DNA of 64,000 nt from the NCBI RefSeq assembly GCF_009914755.1, contig NC_060936.1; one strand, 5' to 3'. Every line of letters starts with the position of its first letter. Within the stretch, counting starts at the first letter, position 1. Below are positions 1-12,379 of the stretch, one piece after another. The notes under the pieces were generated by a model. It was not told the origin of the DNA. It made no database searches and saw nothing but the letters and a program-made list of their open reading frames with translations. Origin of the DNA: the human T2T-CHM13v2.0 reference genome, Homo sapiens. The position numbers and the translations under genes are program-made.

Positions 1-430
1 GACTTTACTCAAGACCATTGCATTAACCATAGGGACCACTGAGATGGGTTTTGCGATAGAGGAGAAAGGTTGGGCTCAACTCCATATACAATAAGGAAAA
101 CTGGGAATTTATAGCCTGTGAGCCAGGTTGCAGTAGGAAGGTCAGTGAATGGAAACACACCAAGAGGAGGCATCAGGGATAAGAGGCGATTCTGGTTAAA
201 CCAATGTAGCAGAATGCCTGCTGATGGCAGGCCAAGGTGATCAGACACTACATGAGGAATGGTTGGGAATGAGGAACCTGCTCAGATATACAGTGTGATC
301 AGATACTGAGGGTGGAAGGTTCTGGTTAAACTGACTTATCAAGATTGTTTCTAATATTGGACAATGCAGAAACACAGAAGCCCAAAAGTCAGGACCTAGT
401 TGAGAAGAGAGTTCAGAGGCGCCTGATTAT
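1..430 (-). mobile_element. Old ERVL-class LTR fragment (MER76-like)
   Basis: Motifs 'tgatcagatactgagggtgg...aaactgacttatcaagatt...gttcagaggcgcctga' resemble MER76 as I recall it; runs off the window start. Confidence 0.5.
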
Positions 431-1695
431 GGCACGGGCAAGGAAGAAATATTTGTCCACATTCCTGCACCCAGTGTATCTTTATATTTACTATGTTAAT
501 GAAAGTAGAAAATATTCATCTAATAGGCCATAATATAATATTTCTACACCATATAGGAATACATTTTACTTTAATAGAAGTGGAACTGAACAGTCACTGG
601 AAGGATATCCATTATAGATTTTTCCATGGTGGGGTTGAATGGAACTTACTTTTGTATTATAATTTAATGAACAGTCAACCAGAAGACTTAAATTCTAGTT
701 AAACCATGCGAATGTGGACAAGTCACTTCTCTTTTACTTCAATTGTTCTCCTAGAGTTGGCTATGTGCTTTCTACGCAAAAGTCTGCCTCAAGCTTTCAC
801 AGGCAACACTTTTACCAAATGGTTTGTCACAGAACAACAAAAGTCACTGGATCTCCAGGCTGCAATATCTATTTGTTTGTTATTCACTGCCTGACTGCAA
901 TTCAATTGCCTCATATTTATTATAAAATAATAAATATCCATGCATTAATCTCTGTGTTAGCTAGTTGCTCTATCAAAATTAATTTTAAAATGCAGTAGAT
1001 TTTACAAGACAATAGTATATTAGTCACTCTCACAAGCAGAGATGAGCTGTCAGGGGTTGGAGGCAGCTACTATCAACAGTTGTCTTCGGTCCTTGCATCT
1101 GAAGAGAGAGGGTGATGTGGAAGTTGGCACAATAACTTACACGCACATTCCACTGAAGGGGAGAATTTCAGTCACAAGGCTGCACTTAAAATTAAGAGCT
1201 TTTATTACTAGCAGGAATAAAGAAAGAAATACTGAGAGATAATTGGCAGGCTCTTCTACAGTGGACTTCGAGTCCAACAAGCAAAGCTCCATATTTATAA
1301 TCTTTGAGAATTTTTGTTTCCCAGACACCAGTCTCTGTGCTCTGCCCAACCTCTGTCCCTCAGTTTAATATTCTTTATTTTGAAGTAATTGTTTTTAAAA
1401 CTAGCCTTGGAGATATACGCACAAGTCGTTTAACAAATCTCTCCTACCAGTTGTATATAATAAATGTTCCCCTTTGTTGGGTGCAGGCTGTTTAATTGGA
1501 TTTATTAGTCCTATATTTTTAGTTTGTAACACAAAATTTGTTTGGCTTTGTTTTCAGTCCTTGAATGTTTCATGTTATGAGGCTCTTAGTTGACTTTAGA
1601 CTATAAGTCATGGGCAAAAGGACCTTTCTTTGTTTCCTTCCTTTTTTGCATCCAGGAATGCCTCCTTCATCTTAGGTTGATATCTTTCTTCTAGT

Positions 1696-1892
1696 TAGGG
1701 TTGCCAGAAAAAAATACAATATGCCTAGTTAAATTTGAAATTCAGAAAACTTTTTTTTGTAATATAAAGTATATTGCATGTAATAATTTGGACATATTCA
1801 TACTTCAAAAAGTTGTTATTATTTATAAAAGTAGTCAATATTTAAAGTTAAGTAGGTGTGCGATGTTTTTATTTGTTAGCAATTCCACTCTT
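1696..1892. mobile_element. MER53 hAT MITE (palindromic)
   Basis: Starts 'tagggttgccaga...aaatacaa..tgcctagttaaatttgaaattcaga'; ~195 bp with a decayed inverted second half. Confidence 0.75.
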
Positions 1893-2139
1893 AGAACAAA
1901 ACTGAAAGCTGCAAGAAATAGCTATTTTCCCCCTAAAATAATACATGGTCTATAACCCAACTCACAATAAGCATCATAGTGACCAAAGGCTTTGCAAGAG
2001 CAAAGCAAGGCACCAGCCTTGAAACTTGAATAGTCTAGTCCTCACCTCACTCCTTCAGATGATCCCATCTGCCAATTTCATATCTTAGAATATGTTATGT
2101 ATAGAATCTCACTTTGGTTACAAAATTTTTACCAGAGAG

Positions 2140-2600
2140 GATGTTCTGACTGCAAGTGCCAGAAATTCACCTGAAAATAAGTATCTTAAGTAAAAAGGGG
2201 AATGGATACTTGATTTGCCAAATGTCCTGTGACAAGGAGGCTCGAGGATTAATGCAGTGGTTGAAGAATAGAATTAGGAACCAGGCTCTGTTCTTTCATA
2301 CTGCTCTGCCACTATTTTTTTCCTCATTGTCACAAGATGGTTGCTACATTTCAGGGGTCACATGCAGACAAGATCCTATTCAGTGGACCAAAAATGATTA
2401 TTTCTGAGCTGCTTTATAAAAGAAAGGAAATCTTTTAAAAATGACCTCAACTGATTTCCTCTCACATGTCATTGTCCAGCACTGGGCTATATTTATATCC
2501 CTAAATCAACTACTATCCAGGGCAAGAGTGTATGCAATTGGATTATTTATCAACATTTACCTCTGAGAAATATTCAAGAAAGATGGATACCCAATACACA
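2140..2600 (-). mobile_element. Old MLT1(J/K/L)-type LTR remnant
   Basis: 'ttctgactgcaagtgccagaaa..' start and 'ttcctctcacatgtcattgtccagcactggg' are typical of antisense old MLT1. Confidence 0.45.
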
Positions 2601-2689
2601 TTACCAGTAAGGAAGTAGAATTGGAAAGCAATAACAAAAAAAGGAATTTATAAAGGACTATCAATCATAATTTTAAAAAGTAGGCTTCT

Positions 2690-3820
2690 AATAGAATAAT
2701 TTTTTAAGATGCGTCATTTTTCTTGTGAAGTGTCCACAAAAACTGACCATTAAATAAGCTACACAGAAAATCTCAAAAAATTGCAGAAGCAAATAACATA
2801 TAAGAAGTTAACAAGTGAAAGCCTCTAAAATTTGTATGTGTATAGTTTTAAAAACATATTTATCAGTAAGTCTTAGAGTAAAGAAGGAAATCAAAATAGG
2901 AAATTACAAACATTTATAAATACTATAACAAGCATATAATATTTAAATGCTCAAAGAGTAAAGCAATAGTAATCAAGACAGGATGGTATCGGTGAAAGAA
3001 TAGACAAATATATCAATGGATAAGAAGTGGGAGCCCAGAAATAGACTCATATAAATATAGATAACTGGTCTTTGACAGATAATATAGCTTAGATATTTGT
3101 CTCTTCCCAAACCTCATGTTGAAATGCAATCCCCAATGCTGGAGTTGGGGCCTGGTGAGAGGTCAATGGATCTTGGCGGGAGATTTCTCCTGAATGATTT
3201 AACACCAACCTCTTGGTGCTGTCCTCAAAATAATGAGTGAGTTCTTGTGAAATCTGGCTGTTTAAAAGTGAGTGGCACCTCCCTCTCTCTCACTTGCTCC
3301 TGCTTTTAGCATGTTACGTGCCTGCTACCCCTTCGCCTTCTGCCATGATTGTAAGCTTCCTGAGGCCCTCCTTAGAAGCTAAGCAGATGCCAGCAGCATG
3401 CTTCCTATAAAACCTGCAGAATCATGAGCCAGTTAAACCTCTTTTCTTTATAAATTACCCAGTCGCAGGTATTCCTTTGTAGTAATGCAAAAACAGCCCA
3501 ATACAACAAAGGAGCAAAAGCAATATCATGGAGCAAGGATTGTTCTTTCAGCAAATGGTGATGGAACAAACGTCATGTACTGCAAAAGTTAATGTCAAAA
3601 GAATGAGAAAATAAGCCACAGAATAGGGCAAATATTTGCAAAAGACACTTCTGAGAAAGGACCGTTACCCAAAATACATGACGAACTCTTAAAAATCAAC
3701 AATAAGAAACTAACAACTAATTTAAACATGGCTAAAGACCTTAACAGATACCTCATCAAAGAAGATGTATAAATACCAAATAAATACCAAATACCAAATA
3801 AAAGATGTCCAACACCTTAT
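2690..3820 (+). mobile_element. L1M ORF2 remnant, interrupted by an MST LTR
   Basis: 'aaagcaatagtaatcaagacagg..tggtat..aagaatagacaaata' and 'ctttgaca|aaggagcaaaagcaata' rejoin across the LTR. Confidence 0.75.
3080..3505 (+). mobile_element. MSTB/MSTA MaLR solo LTR
   Basis: Canonical MST body, ends 'cccaataca'; 5-bp TSD acaga (3075-3079) / acaaa (3506-3510). Confidence 0.85.
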
Positions 3821-3902
3821 TTGTCTTAGTCTCTTTAACCTATTATAACAAAATGCCATAAATTTGGTAGCTTATAAGCAATATAAATTTATCACAGTTC
3901 TG

Positions 3903-4565
3903 TTTTTTTTTTTGTTCAGATAAAATATTATAGGTTTATTTATTTAAAACTTAATTCTCACATTGGGTATGCAAAATACAAACTCCATAAAATGTTCATT
4001 TTACTTTGTACTTTACAAATATACAAAATACGCTGGGTGTGGTGGCTCACCCCTGTAATCCCAGCACTTTGGGAGGCTGGGGTAGGTGGATAGCTTGAGG
4101 TCAGGAGTTCAAGACCAGCCTGGCCAACATGGTGAAGCCCTGTCTCTAGTAAAATACAAAAATTAGCTGGACATGGTGGTGGGTGCCTGTAATCCCAGCT
4201 ATTTGGGAGGCTGAGGCAGGAGAATCACTTCAACCTGGGAGTCAGAGGTTGCAGTGAGCCGAGATCATGCCACTACACTCCAGTCTGGGCAACAGAGCAA
4301 GACTCCATCTCAAAAACAAAACAAAACAAAAAACAAAAAACAAAACAAAAATATACAAAATAGAAATTTATTTAAATTTATATCATATATTTATTAAAGC
4401 AAGGAAGTATACACACACAAAAAATCTGTTCTTGGGAATAAACCATTGTACAAATTATTGCACATCTAAAACCGCAGTGCATAGAGATTGTATAAAAATG
4501 TCAAAGATGTATGCCAGATGTATTTACCTGACTTAGGTCACAATGTAGATCAGAAGACAAAGATT
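3903..4565 (-). pseudogene. KLF4: 5'-truncated processed retrocopy of an mRNA 3'UTR, matching KLF4 3'UTR from memory; contains an Alu
   Basis: T11 at 3903-3913 (polyA on minus); AATAAA on minus at 3935-3940. Minus strand reads '...tgacctaagtcaggtaa...atgcactgcggttttagatgtgcaataatttgtacaatggtttattcccaag...gtaaaatgaacattttatggagtttgtattttgcata...gagaattaagttttaaataaataaacctataatattttatctgaa(A)n', which I recognise as the KLF4 mRNA 3' end. No CDS included. Confidence 0.8.
4031..4348 (+). mobile_element. AluS, full length
   Basis: Dimeric Alu with a (CAAAA)n tail; 14-bp TSD aaatatacaaaata (4017-4030 / 4349-4362). Confidence 0.95.
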
Positions 4566-4749
4566 GGGGTGCCAAGTTCTGATGATCAGGTTCTGATGAG
4601 GGCCCTTTTTCAGGTTGAAGCCTGGGGACTTCTCACTGTGTTCTCAGATGGTGGAAGGAACAAGAGAGCTCCTTGAGCCTATAAGGACACAAATTCCATT
4701 GATGTGCATTACCCTTGTCATCTCCCACAAAAGCAGGGATTTGGGGTCT

Positions 4750-4985
4750 GTTCTATTTAGTGATTTTTACTTGAGCATTGTGTGGAATATAGTAGATGCT
4801 TTCTAACTCTGTTGTATGTCAAAAATGAATCATTATCATTTTATGGATGACAACATTAAGGCATAGAGAGGTTAAGCACATTTCCCAAGATTGCTCATGA
4901 AATAAGTGGCAGGAGTGGGATTAGAAGCTAGTCAGTCTGTCTCCAGAGTTAAGGATTTCAACTTCTATGCCACATTGTCTCCACA
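4750..4985 (-). mobile_element. MIR
   Basis: 'aggcatagagaggttaagcacatttcccaag...agtggcaggagtgggattagaagc' is the antisense MIR core. Confidence 0.75.
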
Positions 4986-5331
4986 GGGCTAGAGTTACCG
5001 TACTGGTAATATAGCCAGATTTATGTAGTGAGAACCAAACTGTGGGAAAAAAATCAATAAATATGATACTTCAAGCAATTATATAAATAACAGCTAAAAC
5101 AAAAGAGAACTGAAATGAGAATGTGGCACCCTAGAACAGCTGACATGGGACAAAAATACCTTGGAACCCACACTCCGAGTCAAGAAAAAAATCAGCATTT
5201 ATTTCAGAGCCTTGGTATATTATAAAATTATTTTATGTTTCAGTTAATCATACAGCAAATATATTCTAATGATGGCCAGAATTAATTATGCTCCTTGGTA
5301 GAAGTGATATAAACTTTTAAAAATAACTATT

Positions 5332-5772
5332 CTTTTCTGTTTGTTTTTACTTATTTTAAGTTTAGGGGTACATGTACAGGTTTGTTACATAGATAAACTT
5401 GTGTCATGAGGGTTTGTTGTACAGATTATTTCATTACCCAGGTATTACGCCTATTACCCATTTGTTATTTTTCATGATTCTCTCTCTTCTCCCACACTCC
5501 ACTCTCTGAAAGGTCCCAGTGTGTGCTATTTCTAGCTGTGCACCCATGTGTTCTCATAACTTAGCTACCACTTATAAATGAGAACATGCAATATTTGGTT
5601 TTCTGTTCTTGTGTTAGTTTGCTAAAGATAATGGTCTCCGGCTCCATTAACATCCCTGCAAAAGACATGATCTCATTCTTCTTTATGGCTGCATAGTATT
5701 CTATGGTATATATGTGCCACATTTTCTTTATCCAGTCTATCATTGATGGGCATTTAGGTTGATTCCATGTCT
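5332..5772 (-). mobile_element. L1PA (about PA11-15) 3' end, 5'-truncated
   Basis: ORF 5561-5743 (DWIKKMWHIYTIEYYAAIKKNEIMSFAG) is the L1 ORF2 C-terminus; L1 3'UTR and T-rich tail follow. Confidence 0.92.
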
Positions 5773-6241
5773 CAACTACGTTTTAACAGAGACACAAACC
5801 AAGCCTTGATGAGGGATTCTTGTTATATCATTCTGAGAACGTGTCTCTTTGCCTTCTTTCTAGCCTCTGTATGGGTTGGAGGAGTCTTGCCTGTGAAATG
5901 TTTCCAAGAGTACAAGCCCAGTAGCAGCACTGGTTGCAAAAGAGGTAATAAAATGTTCAGGATTAGGGATCCCCAAGTGGGCCAGCTGAAGACCATACTG
6001 CCATGAGAGAATTGGTAGACAATGGATATTGTAAAACAAATCAGAAATCCTACTTTTTTCTTTTTCTGAACAAGTGGAAGTGAATTTCAGGGACCAAGGC
6101 AAGGAAGAAGCATTGTGCTCTGAAAGTGTCCTTGACTGCACTTCTGGTTATTGTCAGGAATATTATGTGTTATGTTTGCTGGCGTATGCCTTTCCTCTAT
6201 CCTCAGTGTTCTTGCTTTTCCATTATTGTAAAACCAGGACT

Positions 6242-6297
6242 CAGTAATCTTAGTAATGGCAGTAATCTTAGTAAATGGTAGTAATCGTAGCAAATTG
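6242..6297. repeat. Three-copy 18-19-bp tandem repeat
   Basis: cagtaatcttagtaatgg / cagtaatcttagtaaatgg / tagtaatcgtagcaaattg. Confidence 0.85.
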
Positions 6298-6445
6298 CCT
6301 TAACCTCTTTGAGCCTACTTTTCATTATCTGTAAAATAGGGCTACTAGCCCTTAATATGTAATGTTTTCATAAATATTTAATGAGTTGAAATTTAGAGTG
6401 CTATGCATATGCCGTGGCAATTAGCAATCAATAAATAACAAATAA
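6290..6445 (+). mobile_element. MIR
   Basis: 'ttaacctctttgagcct..tcattatctgtaaaatagg...caataaat'. Confidence 0.7.
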
Positions 6446-7514
6446 TAGTAGCCACTATTAATGCTATTTATCTGAGACCTAACACATGAGCTTGTCACAC
6501 AATATGTGTTCATTAAACATATGTTACACATATGAGTCTGATTGTGAACTTTTACAGAAGACTGACTACCTCTTCCCTAGACCCCATCATATTGAGGTAC
6601 TCCTAGTTGGTGCTTAGTGCATTTGTTCATGCTAAATATTTACAGGGATTCAACAGAGAACAAATCTGGTGTTGGAAGTATCGAAATTTAGAGTCTGATG
6701 AAGACGCAGTCTCCAATTTTTCTACCTGGTAAAGTTGCCCTGGTGTGGATATTATACTTTGTCTTCCGTCATGTAAATGAGCTTTCTTAGTCTGTTCACT
6801 AGCACTGGCCTCAAGTTGATGTCCCTCTTGCTTGATCTTAGGGATGGCTGGCATCTTGAAACATTTTCTCCATGCCAGTAGTCATATTTGAAAAAGGAGG
6901 TGGTGAGTTCTCAAATATGACAGAATGTCTATGTTTTAAAATTTGCTGAATATGGGAAATTGCCTTGGGCACGGCTTTCATTAGATGCTGGGGTTACAGA
7001 CCTGGGTGCTGAGTTAAGCTGCATCGCCATCTCGTGGTCAGTTGATGTGGTGGCCAGAGACAGAGCGTTTAATGAGTATGTGAGTGAGCAGATTTCAAAT
7101 GCTAGAGTTGAAGGGAACTTGGGGGTCACCTTGTAGACCTCTCTTACTTGTACACAAGAAAAATGAATAGAAGAAAAGAAATGACCCAATCTTTTTGTTA
7201 CAGAGGTTAATCACAGAATTGCCATCCCATTTAGTTGCTATTTCTCTCAACAGTGTGCAATATAGGATGTGTGTCTTTAGCTGAATACTTGAGTTTTCAT
7301 GTAGTTGCATGACTTACTATGAACATGAACGCTCTTACTTTTAAAATGGGGCTGATATTATTGTTGTAAGTATCAGTTGAATGATGGAGTATGCAAAAGG
7401 ACTTTATAAATAATTAATTATTGAAAGAAATCTAAATATTATGTTTTAAAATTTTTTTGGTGTGGAAACAGATGCCGTCTCATTCAAAGTTGCATCTGCA
7501 GTTGAAAGCCACTC

Positions 7515-7900
7515 ACTTATTTATTCATAAGTTAACTTCCATGAGTATGTATTGGGCAGTTGCTATGTCATCACCACAGGAAGAAAGGACACAAAGAGTA
7601 AGAAAACACAGACTTAACTCTTAAATAAATTACAGTCTAATGATGAAGAAAACATTAATACAATGTGCAATGTGTTGTGATAACAGATATTAGAGTAGAT
7701 CCCAGAGACTGGTGCCAACTTCAGTGCTTGCACATAAAAAGAGAGTGTTCAATTCTGTGAGTTGGGGTGGAGCAGGGTTGCAAAGACAGAATAAGCTTTA
7801 TATAGGCAAAAATAAACTTGAGTTAAGTCTCAGGTAAATACCAGTAGTATGCCAGGGAAATAGGTGAGGGCAGTTGGGAAAAGGAAATTATGTATATGAA
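7515..7900 (-). mobile_element. L2 3' remnant
   Basis: 'ttatttattcat...gtattgggcagttgctatgtca...ttacagtcta'. Confidence 0.55.
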
Positions 7901-9212
7901 ATGCTAAAACCCTGAAAAACAAAACTTTAAAAAGAACAATATTATCTTATAGTTATGAAAATATTTTAGTTCTGGACATATGTCTTCAGGAACTCATGGA
8001 TCTCATTCCAAACAAATGACAAAATAATTTGGCTTGGGGCCAGTATTTCATAACATATAATAAAATTTGATATTTTTTGAAATTATGAAAACTAAGATAA
8101 TTTTAAATTGTGGAATACGTTATACCATAAAGAGTCAATAGAAAATGATGAGAATCAAATGCTTTATGAAAGCTCATCTAGACTAATGGTTTTATCAATT
8201 TCTATATTACACACTCATCTTTTAGTTCCATGTATTAACAGCTGTTGGAGTTTTTTTCTATTTCCCTTTCATCATACCAGGTATTTGAAAGAAAACCTTA
8301 ATGGCCTAAAAGTCATACTTTCTCATTTCAAATTCCTTCTAGTTTTCTTCACTATCCTCTGGCATTCAGAGAATTGCTTTGTAGACATATTGATTGACGG
8401 CCATCTATCCACACATCAGGCATTCTAAATGGCTCCCTTCTGGACTATCTCAGAAGAAGAAATATTCATTAGCCCTTCAAAACACAACACTGAGGACAAC
8501 TCTGTCAAAGAAGATATTTCTACGCACAGCGAAAGTCAAAAATTACATTATTCCTGGGTATGTTTTCCTCTACCTCTGCACATCAAGGAGAACAGAAAAA
8601 CTTAAGTTTTTAGACAGATAACAAGGTCACAAAATAATTTGAAAAGAAAGCAAGCATAGAGAATTTCCAAAATGCATACAAGGCTGACTGTGTTTTAAGA
8701 ACTTGGTTTTTGCCTCTCTCATTTTTTACTTGCCCACACAAATACCGCACTTTTCAAAGAGGTACTGTGTCCTGACTTTATGCCTGCTTAGGTTACCCAT
8801 GCCTTTAAGTGCCTTCCCTACCGCTGACTCTCATCCTTACCTTTTCAGTGACAACCATCATTCAAGATTAAGCCCAGAAATTGCAGCCTCTGGGAAAGAG
8901 CTGACTTTCTAGGCTGGAATATATGCATGTTCTATATGCTCCCTTGGCACCTTGTGCTATTTTACTGTGGCAGATTGATTGATTGCAGGCATTATTCCTG
9001 TTTTTCCTGCCTCTCTGTTTCATGTGTTTTGCAGTGGAACTTTGAACCTCATCCCATCAAGAGGCTATTTCCTCATTCCTTTGAATCTGAGTTTGCCTTG
9101 TGATTTGCTCTGGCCAATAGAATGCAGAAGAATATTTGTTTGCCAGTTTCAAGCTAGCACTCAAAAAGATTGCATCGCTTATAATCGAGGACTTATAAGA
9201 TCCTAATAATTG

Positions 9213-9363
9213 CTAGGGGAGGGATAGCATTAGGAGAAATACCTAATGTAGATGACAAGTTGATGGGTGCAGCAAACCACCACGGCACGTGCATACCTAT
9301 GTAACAAACCTGCACCTTCTGCATATGTACCCCAGAACTTAAAGTATAATAAAAAATTTAAAA
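9213..9363 (+). mobile_element. L1PA7-like 3' end (~150 bp)
   Basis: 'gggatagcattaggagaaatacctaatgtagatgac...ccagaacttaaagtataataaaaaa'; TSD taataattg (9204-9212 / 9364-9372). Confidence 0.92.
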
Positions 9364-11647
9364 TAATAATTGGATACTAATTAATTGCCCAGTTTCTCCA
9401 TGCAGTAGTCTTCAGGCATCTGCCATTATGGTGGCTCATAAGAAAGATAACAAAATACAGATGTATTAAGGCTTTTCTACACTAAAGGATTTCACTAACA
9501 TAGACCAGAAAACTGCACCCTGAGGTCAAGCGGCCTTGCACAGTATCTTTGAGACTACTATCAAGGCTTATCTTGAGAAGTGGGTACTATCAAATATGTA
9601 TGCCAGCTGAGGGCAAAAGTGAAAGCAAACAACTGATAACATACATACATATCTAGTGAGTTCTTTCAATCTCAAAAGGATGCCCAATTATTTCTTTGAC
9701 TACTGTCAGTTTTCATTAATTAACAGAAAAGATTACTGAGAAATATATATTACTTTGTAGGGTTAGTTGGTTTAGTGGTGTAATTATTCTTGGCAGAACT
9801 CTGAAAGGACACAAGTAATAACACCTTCAGATGCCAGTTGTCTTGGCATTGAAGACTTGAAATTATCCCTTGGTGATTTCCAATCCTGCCAAACCTCTGT
9901 GAAAAAACACGCTAGGCATATAGTGTCCCAATAAGGAAAAATCACTGCGTCAGAAAAAGTGCCTATGATCACCAATGTGCTTGAACCTATTAATTATAGG
10001 GAACTAAACATTTTCTCTGGGTTTTGTGACTCCTATTGGAGGTTTCATTGACTTCTCAGTTATCATAGTAAAAACCCTGGGACATGTGGTTTAAAGAAGG
10101 AAAATGTTAAGTGCAATTGGAGTGCGTTCCTGCTTCTCCACCACCTCCCTGAAGCCCCGTCATATCCCTTGTTAGTTCTACCATGTCTTTCAGATGCCAA
10201 TTTTTAGTCCACAGGAGGAACATGAGCATGCCAGAAGCTGTCACCATGTGGAATTGTTCTGAAAGTCACACATACTGTCCTCTTCACAGGTTAACATTCC
10301 TGGCCCAAGAATTTACCATTGCAGAAAAGTAATATGGATACTTTTTGAATTGACATAATAGTTCATATATGTGCATACACCAATGCTTAATCAGATAACC
10401 AAATGGCAATGAAAGGCAGCCATAGCTGGCCCAGCCTATGGGCCTTCCTGAAAATACCGTATTCAAAATAGTGAAATTATTCTCAGGGAGGAGGTGAGAA
10501 AAATCAGGGATTCCAAAGGGATGGTACATATTTCTGAGAATGAAAAGTGGCTCTATATCGTTCTGTAAGCCAAAGCCTGAGGTGCCTCCAACTTGTACCC
10601 ACAGAGATAGTCCCTCACCAGGTATGACTTTCACTGAATTAGATCACTTCCCATCCTTGCAGTATATAAGTCATGAGTTGTGTAATTTGAAACAAAGACT
10701 GGAAAAGAAAATTGTCTATCAAGGAAGAAATGCAATTCTTCCTTACGCAAAATAAATCCAGAGATAAAGCCCAGGGCTCCTAAATTATCCCCATAGAGTC
10801 TTCCTCTATCTTCTCTTTTATCATCTTTTGTGTGTGGCTTCTATCCTCATGGTCACCTTCCAGTTCAAAACGGGGAACTCAGACCCTGGCATCACATCTA
10901 TATTCCAACATAGGAAGAAGAAGGAATAGAGAGGGAAATCAGACTTTCCTAGCTGCACACGAATTTTTTTTCCACGATGCTTCACTGAAAATTGTTACCA
11001 AAAACTTAATACTACTGGCCAAAAGTTAGTCATATGTACCTGGCTGAAAGGGATGCTAGGAAAGACAGTCTGTTAGCTGTGAACATTGTTGACTCAAATT
11101 ACTTTAAGTTCTATTACTAAAAAAAAAGTAGAGAATGGATACTCAGAGGACAACTAGTCAAATCTGCTGTACTAAGTTAAGGATATGAGAGAAGGAAGAG
11201 TAACAATGAACTGACCCTGAACTGATAAAAATGATGACAGGAAAGAACTTCCAGGCAAAGGGCAGAAGAGTCAGGTTAGGTTCCAAGAGTGTAAAGTCTT
11301 GGCTGCAGATTGGAGCCATCCAGAAGTTATTAGTGCAATGGAATATTAAGAAGTTTAGGATTTAGAACAAGATAAGTGGGAAAGAAACTGTGCTGTTCTG
11401 TGCACACCACCTCCTGGTTTTGCTAACTTGTTCAGGAAGAGTGCTTTACAATAAATCTGGGTCAGGGTTTTTGGCCCAAATTGGCAGAAGCTATCAATTG
11501 ATTCTAAATGCTAGACCCATGTCTCCACATCCAATAGATATTATTATCAGAGTCTACCTGATCTGGAATCTGTTTGTTGCAACAAACCCTTGGGGTTAGT
11601 TGTGCACAAATCTCTAATCTTCGGAACCAGAGAGATGAGGATTGTTA

Positions 11648-11999
11648 ATGATGGAATAAATCAACTGTTATAAACAAATTCTGGCTAAACATGTGAACAC
11701 TTCCTCCTTTGCATTTTGTACTCCTAATGGTCCCTCTTTGGCTGGGGGTGGGAATTCCTTAGGTTCAGCACTGCTCCTGGGTGGACTGTCACCAACCCCC
11801 TGCTTTTCTTTGTTCTCCGTGGGTCGAGTTATTTGCCTAGTCAGGCCCAATGTGAGAACCTGTATATTTCAGTTGCAGGTGCTGAATTCATGCACTACTT
11901 TCATTCACTCTCTGTGAGCGCTGTGGAACAAGGTGTCAAGGAGGAAGTGTTCACATGTTTAACCAGAATTTGTTTATAACAGTTGATTTATTCCATCAT
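11648..11999. repeat. 62-bp inverted duplication (11648-11709 / 11938-11999) enclosing an L1 5'UTR fragment
   Basis: The arms are reverse complements with one mismatch (ggctaaac vs ggttaaac). Confidence 0.95.
11722..11925 (-). mobile_element. Isolated fragment of an old L1PA/L1PB 5'UTR
   Basis: 'gtgggtcgagttatttgcctagtcaggcccaatgtgagaacctg..tcagttgcaggtgctgaattca' matches the antisense L1 5'UTR near its start; no polyA or TSD. Confidence 0.75.
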
Positions 12000-12379
12000 A
12001 TTCTTATATTGACACCAGAAATACTGCCTCTGGATTTCCACTTATTTTTACCATTCAGGAAGACTGGTTTGTTCCTGATCTCTACTTCAAGGGGGATGTA
12101 AGAGTAGAAAGGTGTGGGTAAATTTTTCAGTGTCCAGTTTGCTTTAAGATTGTGTTACAGAAATTGAACTGGGTGTATATTAACTTTCCTTTCCCCCATC
12201 ACTGTAGGAAGAGTTTCCTTTACAGTATCTAGATGCAGATGAAGAGTTCTGGAGCCATGACATTTGGTGAAACTATTCACATTGCACAATGGTCAAGGCT
12301 GCATAGTAATTTTCTCCATTATCTACCTACTTCTCCAGTCACATTTAACTCCACACTACTGCTTTTCCCTCTTCCTCTT

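Larger units (their letters stand above)
3823..4730 (-). mobile_element. MLT1A-type LTR split by a retrocopy (pieces ~3823-3902 and ~4560-4730)
   Basis: 'tgtcttagtc...atcacagttctg' resumes as 'ggtgcca...ttctgatgagggccc...ttctcactgtgttctcagatggtggaagg'. Confidence 0.75.

Noticed and set aside
1696-1892. MER53 as a miR-1302-type precursor
   Set aside because: The second arm is too decayed for a convincing hairpin, and there is no evidence of expression.
6242-6297. CRISPR-like repeat array
   Set aside because: No spacers, only three adjacent copies, and a eukaryotic context.
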